DNA of 64,000 nt from Amphiscolops sp. MND2022 (taxonomy: Eukaryota), in contig OZ076412.1 in assembly GCA_964187785.1 (NCBI GenBank), positions 31,744,001 through 31,808,000 of the forward strand, written 5' to 3'. Made by a program: the position numbers and the translations under genes. The notes under the pieces were generated by a model that saw only the letters and a program-made list of their open reading frames with translations, did no database searches and was not told the DNA's origin. Of the stretch, positions 1 to 11,379 are shown piece by piece (position 1 is the stretch's first letter; each line of letters begins with the position of its first letter).

Positions 1-830
1 CATCAGAAAGCAATCTTTATTTATTACAGCAGGTAAAACTAGCCTGTCAAACAAACAACAACTTTTACTGCGAAAGATGCAGGGTTGTTAAGAAAAATCA
101 GGAAACGGCCCAAGTCTCCGTTCCATTTAAGGCTCAAAAACAAGTCTTTAAAAACTGCACAAGGAAAACTATCGTGGAAATTTTTATAAATCTCTCAGTA
201 CCGAAAAATGCCGTCGAAATAAGTCGTACGATGCCGGAAAACCTAAAGGGGGCCCTTTAGGCTCGAAAAACTTCTTTTCCTAGGTGAAAATATTGTTCAG
301 AGAAAATTCAGACAATACTAATCCATTCAGATTAAACAAGCCGGGAACGGCCCAAGTCGGCGTCATATCTAAGGCTCAAAAATATTCAAGGAACAACTAT
401 TGTGAAATTTTTCAATTATCACACAGTGCCGAAAAATAGCCGAAAAGGTTTTCCCCGAAACTCGAAAAGTTTTTTTTCTGAACTGGAAACATCAGAAAAA
501 ACTAACTTGCCTTTGGAAAAAAATTCGAAGGAAGTATTTGGTTTAAAAAAGTCGCATAGTGCCGAAAAACTCAAAGGGTGGACCCTCTGGTCTCCCCTCT
601 ACTTTTGGAAGCATAAGAAAACTTTGTGGTTTAGTGCGAGACTCGAACCCACCTTTTTCCTGCTTGGCGTTGTCAGACCCCAGAAAATTAGCCGGCCAAA
701 AAGTTGAACAAATGAACGAGAAAAGTGGACCGATCGCGTTAAACTGACGAAAAAAAACTAGCCACTGTAAGAGTAGTGCATTTTCTTCGAACACGCCGAC
801 TAAAAAAAGAAAGATTTAATTTTCTTTGGA
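1..830 (-). repeat. tRNA-headed (SINE-like) interspersed repeat with internal sub-repeats
   Basis: B-box-like GGTTCGAGTCT on the minus strand at ~637-647. The body repeats GCCGAAAA motifs and a duplicated GGCCCAAGTC...AAGGCTCAAAAA block (~105-250 and ~345-440). The body motif TTTCGG(C/A)ACTATG(C/A)GACT is shared with 52040-52711. Confidence 0.5.
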
Positions 831-879
831 GACCAAAGTTTAAACAACGCGTCTGCAACTTTTGCATACATTCCATGAA

Positions 880-2450
880 CAAGAAATCGAGAAAGAACAC
901 ACATAATCCACGTGAAAATTTTTAGCAAACAAAGTTTTCAAAAATTTTCATGTTTTCATTGTCGATACAATCGATGATATTGTGACCGAAAAGATAATTG
1001 ACCACTTCTGCAGACCTTATGAAGAAAACTTTTTGATGGGATAAGGTTGAGTGCCTACAATTAAGTCCACTGGTTACTCCGGTTCTAATTTTTTTTCGAA
1101 ACATTTTTCTGAAACTGATACGTTGAACAATCATATTTAAAGCGCCCTTTAATTATGTTAGCCAGCATAACAAATGTCGAGCTGTGACAGATCGGCAAAA
1201 ATTAGATTTTTTAAGTTGGACTTCATAGCTCTGTCGATGGCCAAAAACCCAGCGGAAACTGGATTTCTGGAAACGTTCCAATTTTTTTTCAATCTTGTAT
1301 TATCGGGAAACCAAGCAGAGGAACGCCATAAACAGGGATGGAGAGCACCACTGCTGCCCGATAGATTCAATTTTGTTCGCCAAAGAGGATTGAATGTGAT
1401 TCCGATCTTCAGTGCATAAAAAGCTCTTTCTGCATTGTTGAGTTGAAATTTAACATGACTGACCCATTCAAACATACAAGGTCATTCAAAACATACGAAC
1501 ACAAAATTTTCTGTAACATCACATTCTCCAACGGTGCTTTAGACCCTAAAAACTTTGCCTTTAATTGATAAGCATTTCGCTTTATCGAGATTAATCAGTT
1601 CATTAGCGACAATCCAATTCAAAAGTTTTGATAACTCGTTTCAGAAATTTTGCAAAGTGAAATGTACTTCAAGATCTTCCGCAAATAGCCATAGAAAAGA
1701 GTCAAGGAAAAATGAAGGCAAGTCAATTATGAATAAGCGGAACGAGGAGCCAAGAACTGAATCCCGTGACACACCACTGACATGACAGCATCGGATGCGA
1801 AATTTCCAAGAGCCTCGAAGTAGATCAACAAAATCACAACCCAAACCAAATCTTGACAGCTCTGACAGAAGAATTGAATGAGGAAATTAGTCAAATGCTT
1901 TTTCATAAACCAGGTAAATAGTGAACGTGCAGAAATTTTTTGGCGATGGGTATTTTTAATGAAATCTATCAACTGGAGTACTGAATTTTTTCCGACTGAA
2001 ACCGGAACTGCTGGGATGAAGTTCTGTATGCAGAAATTTGTCCCCGAAAACACTCGTTCAAAGATTAGAGATACTTTTGGTATCACACTAAAAGGACGGT
2101 ACTTACTGATTATATTTTTGGTACCATTTTTGTGTGGGGGACGAACTTTCCAAATGTCAGAAAACACAAGTGAGAGCAGTCTATAGAAGCTACTAAAAGA
2201 TAGAAAAGGTTAACGAAAATTTCCGGACCCTGTTTCACTAATTCCGGGAAAAGCAATCGAGAGTTGTAATCGAAGTCTTTCATCTCCAAAATCAGCTTTT
2301 CTATTGTGAAAGGGTTCAACGAGTTCAGGATATCAGGTAACCTCACATTATTGTCACTAGGCACAGGATGAAATAAATGAGAATTGTAATCGTTTTGAAA
2401 TTGGACCATTTGTCCCAGAACGCTATATCCAAACGTTCAACACGAAGTGC
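880..2450 (-). mobile_element. Decayed non-LTR retrotransposon (LINE, CR1/L2-like) RT region, 5'-truncated
   Basis: Frameshifted fragments: WKVRPPHKNGTKNIISKYRPFSVIPKVSLIFER (RT N-terminal WK...PIHK...NYRPIS...KIFER motif), LVKQGPEIFVNLF, and a degenerate C-terminal FFIRSAEVVNYL. Confidence 0.8.
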
Positions 2451-2629
2451 ATTGCGTTTTACTAAGGAGGAGGCGGATATTCGGGAAAACCGAAAAGGTC
2501 AGCCTTTGGGTTTTTCGGTACGGTTTTTGAGAATTTGTTCGAAAGAGTATTCTTGACGCTTTGAAATACTTTCACGCTTTTCGAGCCTCAAGCGAATCAC
2601 GCTTTCGCCACAATTTTTGTCATACGAGT

Positions 2630-3050
2630 TAGGCGGAAAATATCCCGGTGCTTAACGGGCGTCCTGTCCTCCGCCAACATATAATGGGGGAGAAAAATCA
2701 TGATCTGTGTTGCGTTTTTTTCCAAATTCTGCCAAATCTCCTCCGATGTCCTCATTCGACTTGACTATTTTATATAGCTACTTGACTATTTTAGTTACTA
2801 GTAACTAAAATAGCCAAGTAACTAAAACAGCTTAGAGGGGGAATAATATCTAAAATAAAAATGGGAATAAGATCTAAAATTTCAGGACGGGAATATTATC
2901 TAAAGGGAATAAGATCTGAAATCACTAGATGTGAAATCATTTTAGATCTTATACTTTAAATCCTATTCCTCCTAAAATAGCTATGGCTCAGTTGGTGAAG
3001 GCGAAGAAGACGGAAAATATCACGGTGCTTAGTGGGCGTCTTGTTCAACT
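2630..3050. repeat. MITE-like relic with direct terminal similarity and an internal palindrome
   Basis: CGGAAAATATC(C/A)CGGTGCTTA..GGGCGTC occurs at ~2635 and ~3011. GGGAATA(A/T)(G/T)ATCTAAA sub-repeats lie at 2840-2920. A 42-bp palindrome with one mismatch lies at 2779-2820. Confidence 0.45.
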
Positions 3051-3599
3051 TCGTTAGTGATTTCATTGTCGTGAAGCAAGTATAAAATGTATCTAGGACC
3101 ATTTCATATCTAGGACCACCAGCTGGAAACATCAAAACTGGAAAAGCTGAGTCTTACACTGAGGTTTTTCAGCACTGTGCAGTTTTTTTTACAAATTGGT
3201 ATTTATCGATGATTTCAGTCTGAGAAAAGCGCTTTGTGAGGCCACAGGATGCCCCTTAAAGCCACTCACTTAGCTCATTTTACGACTTTGCGCTTTTTGA
3301 GCGTTAAGAGGGCTCTAGCTTACCTCATGTCAACAAAAATGCTAATATTCCTTTGAAAAAGATTTCAGCCTCAAAAAAAGGTGATTGACACCAAAAAAGT
3401 CTCTGAAAAACATTTCATGCAATTATGCAGATAAATCTTCGTAATGCAATTTCAAACAGTAGCTACATCTAATACATTCGTTCTCGCAGGGTGCAATGTA
3501 ATCCAGGCAATTTAAAAAAATTGGATTTAGGGCATTATAAACGTTTTGGTCCATCGCAAGATTCGAACCTACTCCTGTTTCTTAGGCCCCATCGCCATG

Positions 3600-4203
3600 C
3601 GGTAAAAATCACGATAACTTCTAGGCCAAATGGAAAGTGCTTTCCAGCTTTTCAACAGCTTCTACAAGCTATTGGCAGAAATTGTGGCGTGTTACAAAAT
3701 TTTTCGAAAAGAAAACAAAAAACATGATCGTTTGGAACCGTGTTGAACAATTGCTTGTGAAGATATCGTTGTCTGAAAGTTTATTCAAGTAGTTTAATAA
3801 CATTCCAGCTTACGTAGAGAGATCAGAAATTGAGTCAGTTGCGTAATTATGCTCAATTAATTTATTCATCCGCAAACATTTGTACACTAGAACTGTAAAG
3901 AAGACTCGGTACTTTTGCTCGAAGTGATTCGAGAAAGTATTGAATTGCACACACCGCCAATTCTCATTTTCCTTAGCAGCTTTTCACAGATTATACAGAA
4001 AACCATGCAATGATTCTCATTACTAGACATCTTCAGGTTGATTTGAACCAATATTCTGAACTATTATTTAAAAAGACACTAGCAAAAAGCTTAAAACATA
4101 CCATTTCAAGAGAGGTGCTGGTATCTCGGCTTCTAGATTGCATTTTCTTTTTCTTCCTCAGTCGTGACAAAATGTTTTGAGCCCTCGTCCGCTTCTGAGA
4201 AGT
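3600..4203 (-). CDS. Candidate downstream exons of the nuclear receptor gene (possible divergent ligand-binding domain); frame unresolved
   Basis: A 102-nt exon at 4203-4102 is bounded by TTTTCTAG| and |GTATGT. GT-AG introns of 46 nt (4101-4056) and 41 nt (3813-3773) follow. I could not build a single stop-free model. Confidence 0.35.
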
Positions 4204-4310
4204 CTAGAAAACAGTATTTGATTGAACAATCCAACATATCCGGAAACTATCTAAGATTTCTTAATAAAATTAAAATCGACACCACCGAATGATTACAAGC
4301 AATAAAAAAA

Positions 4311-4681
4311 CTACTGTAAATAACTCTCATGGACGTGATTCGCCCAAAGGAGATGAACAAAAATAACCTCGGGTGATGATTTTATAGATGGGGGGATTTT
4401 AGTTTCTTGATTTGTCTCCACATCTAGTGATAAATCCGGAAGTTCCAGATAAAGTTCTCCCTCTATACCAGGGAGTAATGACACTGAATCATCTACTAGA
4501 CGGGTGGTCATTGGCAAAATACTGTTGCAGGACGTTTCACAACACTCAGTGCTTTTTGGGGAGCTTTGAGATGAAGGAGTTTCACATATTGGTGTCATCT
4601 CACGCGTACGCCCAGCAGTCGTCACAGCCTTCGACTTTCCTATTGTATATTCTTCTGCAATCACTGGTTGAACACAGCTAC
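4311..4681 (-). CDS. Nuclear receptor hinge exon (Ser/Thr/Pro-rich); 3' boundary uncertain
   Basis: The acceptor TTGCTATAG| at 4682 joins the phase-1 donor in frame (KQ-R-SCVQPVIAEEY...) into supplied ORF 4311..4664. The intron is 508 nt (4682-5189). Confidence 0.7.
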
Positions 4682-5189
4682 CTATAGCAAGAGCATTTGT
4701 TTGTTTAATTCTAAGTGCGTTTAATCTGTCCGTTTGTCACTCTTGACTTGGCTATCATTGTGGTAGTTTCAAACACAAATTATTGGGAAACGCTGTTGCG
4801 AAAAACGAAGAATTTTGATATGTATTAACAGAACCCAACGTAGATCATCTACTACTACCGGTCCTATTAAATTTTGCAATAGTGCCGAAAAAGTGGTGCA
4901 CATTCATTCTCTCACTAAAACGCCTCAGCGCAACGTTGGGAAAAATTCAACACGTGGGGCTTGAACGTGGAAAGCTTAAAAGCTGGCCAAGTTTTTCACC
5001 GAGGCCAGAAAAAACTTCCAAAAGTCATTTCACACTGTATATCTCAGATACTTCCAATGACAAACTTGTACGGAGTCCCAACTCCTCGATGATAATAGAG
5101 TAAAAACAGTTTATATTTACGAGTACTGAGAGCTACTACTGAGAGTTTTGTTGAAGTTTAACGATAAATTTTTTTAAACAGCTACTTAC

Positions 5190-5604
5190 GTTGTTTACGA
5201 GGATTACTGTATTTATGTGAGCTTCTTGCATTTCGTCCGTAAACGATTCGATCTTTCGACATCCCAACATCTAAGCACTTTTTATATCGACAAAGTCGGC
5301 AAACTGATCTTGACCTAGACATAAGATCACATCTCACGTCTTTCGCGCATCTCAAAGGTCGTGCATTCTTCCCCTGCGTGAGACGGAGAAAAAACAGCTT
5401 GCATGATTCACATGTATAAGACCCGAAATGCTTTCCTGATGCATCCGCTCCACATACAGTACAAAGTTCTCGGGGATTCGAAGGAGCATACGACCTTCCG
5501 GGGCACACTGGAGTCCGGGGCTCAATTTTACAAACATCCAAAGATTCGATTTTCACAGCCATGTCCAAAATGTCAATCTGTCCCTCATGATTCCACAAGA
5601 TCAT
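5190..5604 (-). CDS. Nuclear receptor, DNA-binding-domain exon (two C4 zinc fingers)
   Basis: CTVCGADASGKHFGSYTCESCKLFFLR...CAKDVRC...RSVCRLCRYKKCLDVGM at 5463-5260 has all the canonical DBD cysteines. The exon ends at a consensus donor AAC|GTAAGT (intron starts 5189, phase 1). The N-terminus has a psi-K-x-E SUMO-type motif (VKIE). Confidence 0.93.
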
Positions 5605-6852
5605 TCAAACCTTAAACCATCATAGCACTTCAAAGCAATTCAAGGTCAAACGGCAAAAATCTCCATCAAGAGACAACCAAAATAAAATGATATGATTAGA
5701 AGTAACAAAGTAACTCACAGTTCTATGCGGATATGCAATTGACTGTTTGCATTCAGAAATACCGATTGCACGGAAAATGTTCAAAATCCACCCGATAGTT
5801 TTCAAATCCGCATAATAAGAGTTTTGAATTTTTTCCTCAATTTCACCACATTCGAAGGAACTACGTATTATCGCTTCGGATGAAGAAGTTTAGCAGCAAA
5901 ACGAATTGAAAACCCCTAATGTAGTTTATTTTCAAAGGAGGTCAACACTTAGTATCTTTCTCAAAGATAGTTCTATTTTTCTACACGGGACGCAAAATGA
6001 TTTTTCTAGTCATCTCAAAATTACACTAGTTAATTAATACAGTTCAGACGTACGCTAGGTCAGTAGATGGCTGATTAACTCCAACTGCTTTCACACGAAG
6101 CTCCGACGTGTCACATAATTCGTAACATCTATTTCGCTCGAATAGATTTACGACGCATTGAAACAAAATAGCAAGAGTGAAAAAAAAAGATAAAATAGAC
6201 GTCCTGTCTCCCGTTGGTCTAGTTTTTTCGAAACTTATATTGGACTTCTTGAATCGACGTCATATAGAAATGTATTTACTTTGGTTTTAAAATCTAAGAA
6301 GCACAAGCTAAGGTATAAAAGTTAAATTCAAACAAAGCCAAAGGAGGCCGGACACTCTCACACAGGAGCAACAAACAAAAAAAACTGGCAAAAAGTATGA
6401 TTGAACTCTACCTTTCATTTGTAGCAGCAACTTCTTGGATTTTTCGTTTTTTTTCAATATTACATTGGTACTTATGGGGGAAATGCTTAGTTTGAAGATG
6501 ATTCAGATATAACGTTCCTCGAGACTCACATGATTGAAGCTCTACTTCAGTCCGTAATTCATGTATGTCAAACATGCATTCATATATCAAATTTTCTTCT
6601 TTTCTCCACAATCAGATACCATGGATCTTCGTCATCAATCAGGTGCCATGTGTGTCATTATGTTTGGGGCAGATATAAATAGATTAGATACATTGTGAGT
6701 CAATAGATTGAGTCAATTGGTACTTAGCGGCGACCGTAACTAAGGTCTAAGGAATGAGATCTGAAGCAATTTCGTAACTAAGATCTAAAGAACTATGATC
6801 TAAAAAGCATGTACCGTAACTAAGGTCTAAATATTAAAATGAAAATAATATC

Positions 6853-8880
6853 ATGATCAACGACTTTATCAGGCAAGAATCACAGAGAAGCAATTTCCTG
6901 ATGATCGGGGATCTCAATCTTCCAAAAATAGATTGGGAATCCAACACCTCTAACACAGTAGTAGGAAGCAAGGAGAACAACTTTCTTGATGCTTTAGCTG
7001 ATTCTTACCTGACACAGCACACCAACAGACCAACACGTATCCGGGGCGACGATAAACCATCACTAGTTGTCTTAGTCATCTCAGACACATCAACACCTGT
7101 GGAAGAGATTGAACACTTACCGCCACTCGGTGATAGTGATCATGCACTACTGCAGGTGAAAGTCTCGTTCGAGGTAGCCTCTTATGTGAAGAAACGTCTC
7201 AACTTCAGAAAAGCAAACGGATAGCATGAATTGGGTCGAATGAAATAGGTCGAAAAGAATTAGGTCGACCCTTTTGGTCGAATAACTTAGGTCGAATTGA
7301 CTGAGGTCGAATTGGGTCGAATGGACTTGGGTCGAAATCAATATGTTGTCTCCCTTGAACTTGGCATTTTTCAAGGTCGACCCAAGTCCATTCGACCCAA
7401 TTCCGAAACGGTGAAGATTCGACCCATGGCACAGGAGGCCGATTCGACTCATTTCTTTCGACCCATTTCCGTTCACCCGCGATGAAATCATTCTTGAGAG
7501 GAACAACCATCCCGGATGAGCTAGATGTCAATGAGAAATGGCTTTTCCCAAAAAGCAAAATCACTGAAGCTGTGAAAAAATTCATCCCGGAATTGAGCAT
7601 TAAGTCGAACAAAAATGGACGATATACCGCTAACAGGGACATCCTGGAGCTAGTGAGAAAGAAAAAACGACTCTGGAAGAATTTTGTTAATAGCAAATCC
7701 CCCGACGATCACAAAAAGTACAAAGCAAGCAGGAATTTGTTGAGGAAAGAAACCAGAAAACTTGCCCAAGAAATGGAACAGGAAATAACAAATAACCTCA
7801 AGTCCAATCCCAAAAAATTTTGGAGTTATGTTAGCCAAAAAACAAAACGAAGAGAGACGATTCCAGCAATCAAACGAGAAGATGGAAGCTTCACACAAAC
7901 GGATTTGGAGAAAGCAGAAGAACTCTCGTTGTTTTTCAAATCCGTTTTTGTAAATGAAGGACCCGGATTCTGGCAAATAAACACCACGCACAAATGTATG
8001 GAAGATAACATAACTTTCACTGAAAAAGAGGTGCTTGAAGAAATTAATGCCCTTAATACAGCACAATCTGCTGGAGTGGACAACATCTCACCAAGGATAC
8101 TGAAAGAAATAGGGTCTGAAGAAAATGACCCTCACAACAAAGAAAGACTCCACTGAGAGACATTACTTCATGAACACAACAAAGATGTTGGAAAATGTAA
8201 GATGTGAAAAAGACTTGGGTGTTCTAACTGATCACAAATTATATTTTGACTTGCATATTGCTGAAAAAATAAAGAAGACGAATTCAATGCTTGCTATTAT
8301 CAAAAAATGTTTCATGAAATTGAACTGCCAGTCACTGAGTGTACTAATAAAGACGCTTGTCAGACCCCACTTGGAATATTGTAACCAAGCATGGCATCCA
8401 CATTTCCAAAAACACAGAACTAACCTCGAAAATGTCCAGAGACGAGCGACAAGACTCATCCCTCCTCTCGCATCTCTCCCTTATGAACAAAGATTAATGA
8501 AACTAGACCTACCCACCCTGGACTTCAGAAGGAAACGGGGTTGGATGCTTGAAGTTCACAAGATACTCAATGGAGTGTATGATAAGAGAGTCACTGGAGG
8601 GATGCTGATGGAAAATGACAGAATCACAAGAGGAAATCAAAGAAAACTTCTGGTGCAGCCATCGAGAACATCAACAAGAGGAAATTTTTTCACTGTAAGA
8701 GCAGCCAATGACTGGAATAGCCTGCCAGATGATGTCACGTCGGCAGGAACCCTTGACGTTTTTAAAGCGAAATTGGACAACACCTGGAGAAATTTGAAAT
8801 ACGAAACGACGATGGAAAGGGAACCCAAACAGCAATGAGCCAATCACCAAAGGCTTCGGCCTTAGACTGTGAAACATCTA
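6853..8880 (+). mobile_element. LINE (CR1/L2-like): APE endonuclease C-terminus, linker and RT C-terminus; RT core deleted; MITE inserted
   Basis: APE motifs IGDLNLPKIDW and LGDSDHALL; linker NPKKFWSYV and GVDNISPRILKE; C-terminal EKDLGV, LVRPHLEYC..W.P, LENVQRRAT, FFTVRAANDWNSLP. No YADD segment is present between ~8110 and ~8130. Confidence 0.9.
7218..7479. mobile_element. Foldback/MITE-like insertion built from GGTCGAA / TTCGACC units
   Basis: CGG...CCG ends with imperfect 37-bp terminal inverted repeats (27/37 matches). An exact 26-bp inverted pair lies at 7310-7335 and 7377-7402. The insertion interrupts the LINE frame at FRKAN|MKSFL. Confidence 0.8.
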
Positions 8881-9109
8881 TTCTACTCTAAATTGAACAA
8901 AAATAACGTCTTATGATTAACGTGGGGTCATGTATGGTGTATGCACGCTCGCCCTCATCGTCGCAATGATCAGCTACCACTACGATCGCTTCGCGATCTC
9001 CATTCCCGCTAGGTCTTTGCTCCTGTTCGACCTCGCTTAGCAAGATGGGAACATAAGCGGCCCCAAGGGCCCGCGGGGCACTAGATGAAATGGGAAATAC
9101 CAGAGGAAC

Positions 9110-10267
9110 TGTCATGCCCGCCAAGCATGAACGAATTAAACGAACTCTAAAATATTAATTCATACCTCAAACTCCCTAAAATACAGATCATCATGAAAGT
9201 ATATTGCAGTAATTCATTCGCCGAACAATACAGTTGAACATATAACAACTGGAACCAACAGTCATCAATACTAAATTCATTCATGTTATTGTGCGTCGTT
9301 TAGAAATCAGGACTGAAATTATCAGTCATCACAAAAGACCTTTACCGAAATATGTAGTTTAATCAAGTGCTCAATCATACATTTTCCACATATAAGACTG
9401 AAACAATCAGTCATCAGTTATAGTGATATTCCATCATTTAACCATTTTTTACAATACATGTAAAGTATTACTAGAATACTCGATCATTCATAATCAGAAC
9501 ACTTCATCCACTTGTATTAGCAATTTGTACGATGCCATTTAGCAATCAACCTCCAGTCAATAATTGATGCAGTCACCATGATGATTAGAATACGCGGTAG
9601 CAAAGCCTTAGCATAAAAGGTAATTGGTATAATTGCGTGCTAAAATGACTGGTGCTTGCGGTCATACTATATCAAACGTGATCAATTAGACACCAATTAC
9701 TACCTGCGACGACAGTAACCACCAGTCGTCAAGTGCGAATTAAAGAACAATTAGTAGAACGAACACCATTGGTTAAAAGGAAAGGTGCTAAAACGCATTT
9801 GTAATAACACCATCGGAAATCCCAAAGCCAACACAAGATTGTTAACTACTGCCGATTCAATTTCCTCCATCTCTTAAACTTAAAATCGCTGTTTCTTATT
9901 TGAATATTAAATTACTCATTTCAACTTAAAACCTCCTGACTTTTCATGGTAATTACTAGATCACAAAGTAATCGAAACAGAGAATTAAATATTGAGACAA
10001 TGGATAGATCCAGTGATAATGAAAGCGAATCGAGCTTCCCTGACATTCTTTCCAGAGATCAAATAGCAGATCTCGATTCTGACGACTTGTTGTATAGGCA
10101 ACAAAGTAATGATAACCTCAGTATCGACCGACGTTTCAACGAAATAAACAGACAAATTGGAGACCTTACCAACATAGTCCTTACATTAACCAATCAGTTT
10201 GCCTCCGTTAATGGAGAAGGGAATAGACTAAACACAGCAACTACAAGTGCTAACAGTCGTTCCGACA
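9110..10267 (+). repeat. 5' LTR (1158 bp)
   Basis: TGTCATGCCCGCC...GTTCCGACA, matching 22316-23478. I count 8 substitutions in the first ~170 nt. Confidence 0.97.
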
Positions 10268-11379
10268 TGGGGACAGGAGTCCCGAACTCACGACCTTCAG
10301 GATCTCGAATAACACCACCCAGCGGTACACCAAGGAGTGATGCAAGTATTCCGCAGATAGCAGATGTGATGACGGAAATCCACCATCTCCGCAGTACAAT
10401 GGGAGAAACCTTGACGCAACCAAAAATCCTGCAGACCCAAGTACCTCTATTCAAGGGAAATCGAGACAAATACAACGAATTCGAGCATTTATTGCTCAAC
10501 CACTTACGACCACATGCCCACAAGCTCACTGAAGAACAAAAACTCAACTACTTCCAGAGTCTTCTCAGGGATGACGCAATTGAGTTTTGGCAAACCTTAC
10601 CAATCACAACAGAAACGACACTGCGAGATATACTGACGGCATTCAAAAAAGAATACGCTAAAGAAGTACTCTCAGAAGTCTCGAGGTTCAAATTCGACCA
10701 GCTACGATACGATCCGACCACCGAGTCAATCAGTACCTTCCTCGCCAATTACAAAAAGATTGCCAAACAAGCCTACGGCGAGAAGGCACAGGAAATTGTC
10801 CAGACCTTCCTGTTTGCCAAATTACCGATCCAGCTCCAAAACGAACTGGCAATTGCAGGAAAACACAATGCCAGCATTGAGGACATCAAAACATTCGTCC
10901 AGAGAAGATGCCAATAAGCCCAGTTACTACCAAATCAACAACTCCTCCTACCGTTCAACCAGGCTATCCAGACACAAGAAGTCCCAAACAAGCCAGTTGT
11001 TCAGAAAAGAAACGAAAATGAACGACCAACAATCAAAAAGAAATTCGATGGCAATTGCAGATACTGCGCAATTTACGGGCACAAATAGTCTGAGTGCCGA
11101 AAACGACTGCGCGACGAAGCAGCGGGCAACAACAACTCACAAGCACAGAAAAAGCCCGAACAGCAAAACAACCACGCAGAAACACAACCAAAATACAATG
11201 CCAAGCTGGTCTGCCAAAGTTGCTGTTATACAGGCCACTCCGCAAAAGACTGCCGTTACAGAATACCCCAAACTTCTGCCTACGGAAGCGTGCCATACAA
11301 TAGGCAAACCACAACTGAAAACAGGGACTTCCGACGTGACTTCTGAAGAGCACACAACAACCCCTACCCAGCAAATGAA
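9946..11379 (+). pseudogene. gag: gag with two CCHC zinc knuckles; premature stops
   Basis: The frame of ORF 9946..10917 continues through TAA 10915, TAG 11086 and TGA 11344. It includes CRYCAIYGHK*SEC and CQSCCYTGHSAKDC and is in frame with pol at 11380. Confidence 0.9.
10268..10280 (+). promoter_or_regulatory. Putative primer-binding site (tRNA-Leu-like, imperfect)
   Basis: TGGGGACAGGAGT directly follows the LTR-terminal CA. It resembles the complement of tRNA-Leu 3' ends (TGGTGTCAGGAGT). Confidence 0.5.

Noticed and set aside
7218-7479. Short regularly spaced GGTCGAA repeats resembling a CRISPR array
   Set aside because: The units are only ~7 bp with 3-8 bp gaps, the orientation flips mid-element, the context is eukaryotic, and no cas genes are present. 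It is a foldback MITE.
10915-10917. Programmed readthrough stop between gag and pol
   Set aside because: Two more stops follow, one inside a zinc knuckle, and pol has several other lesions. Decay explains them more simply.
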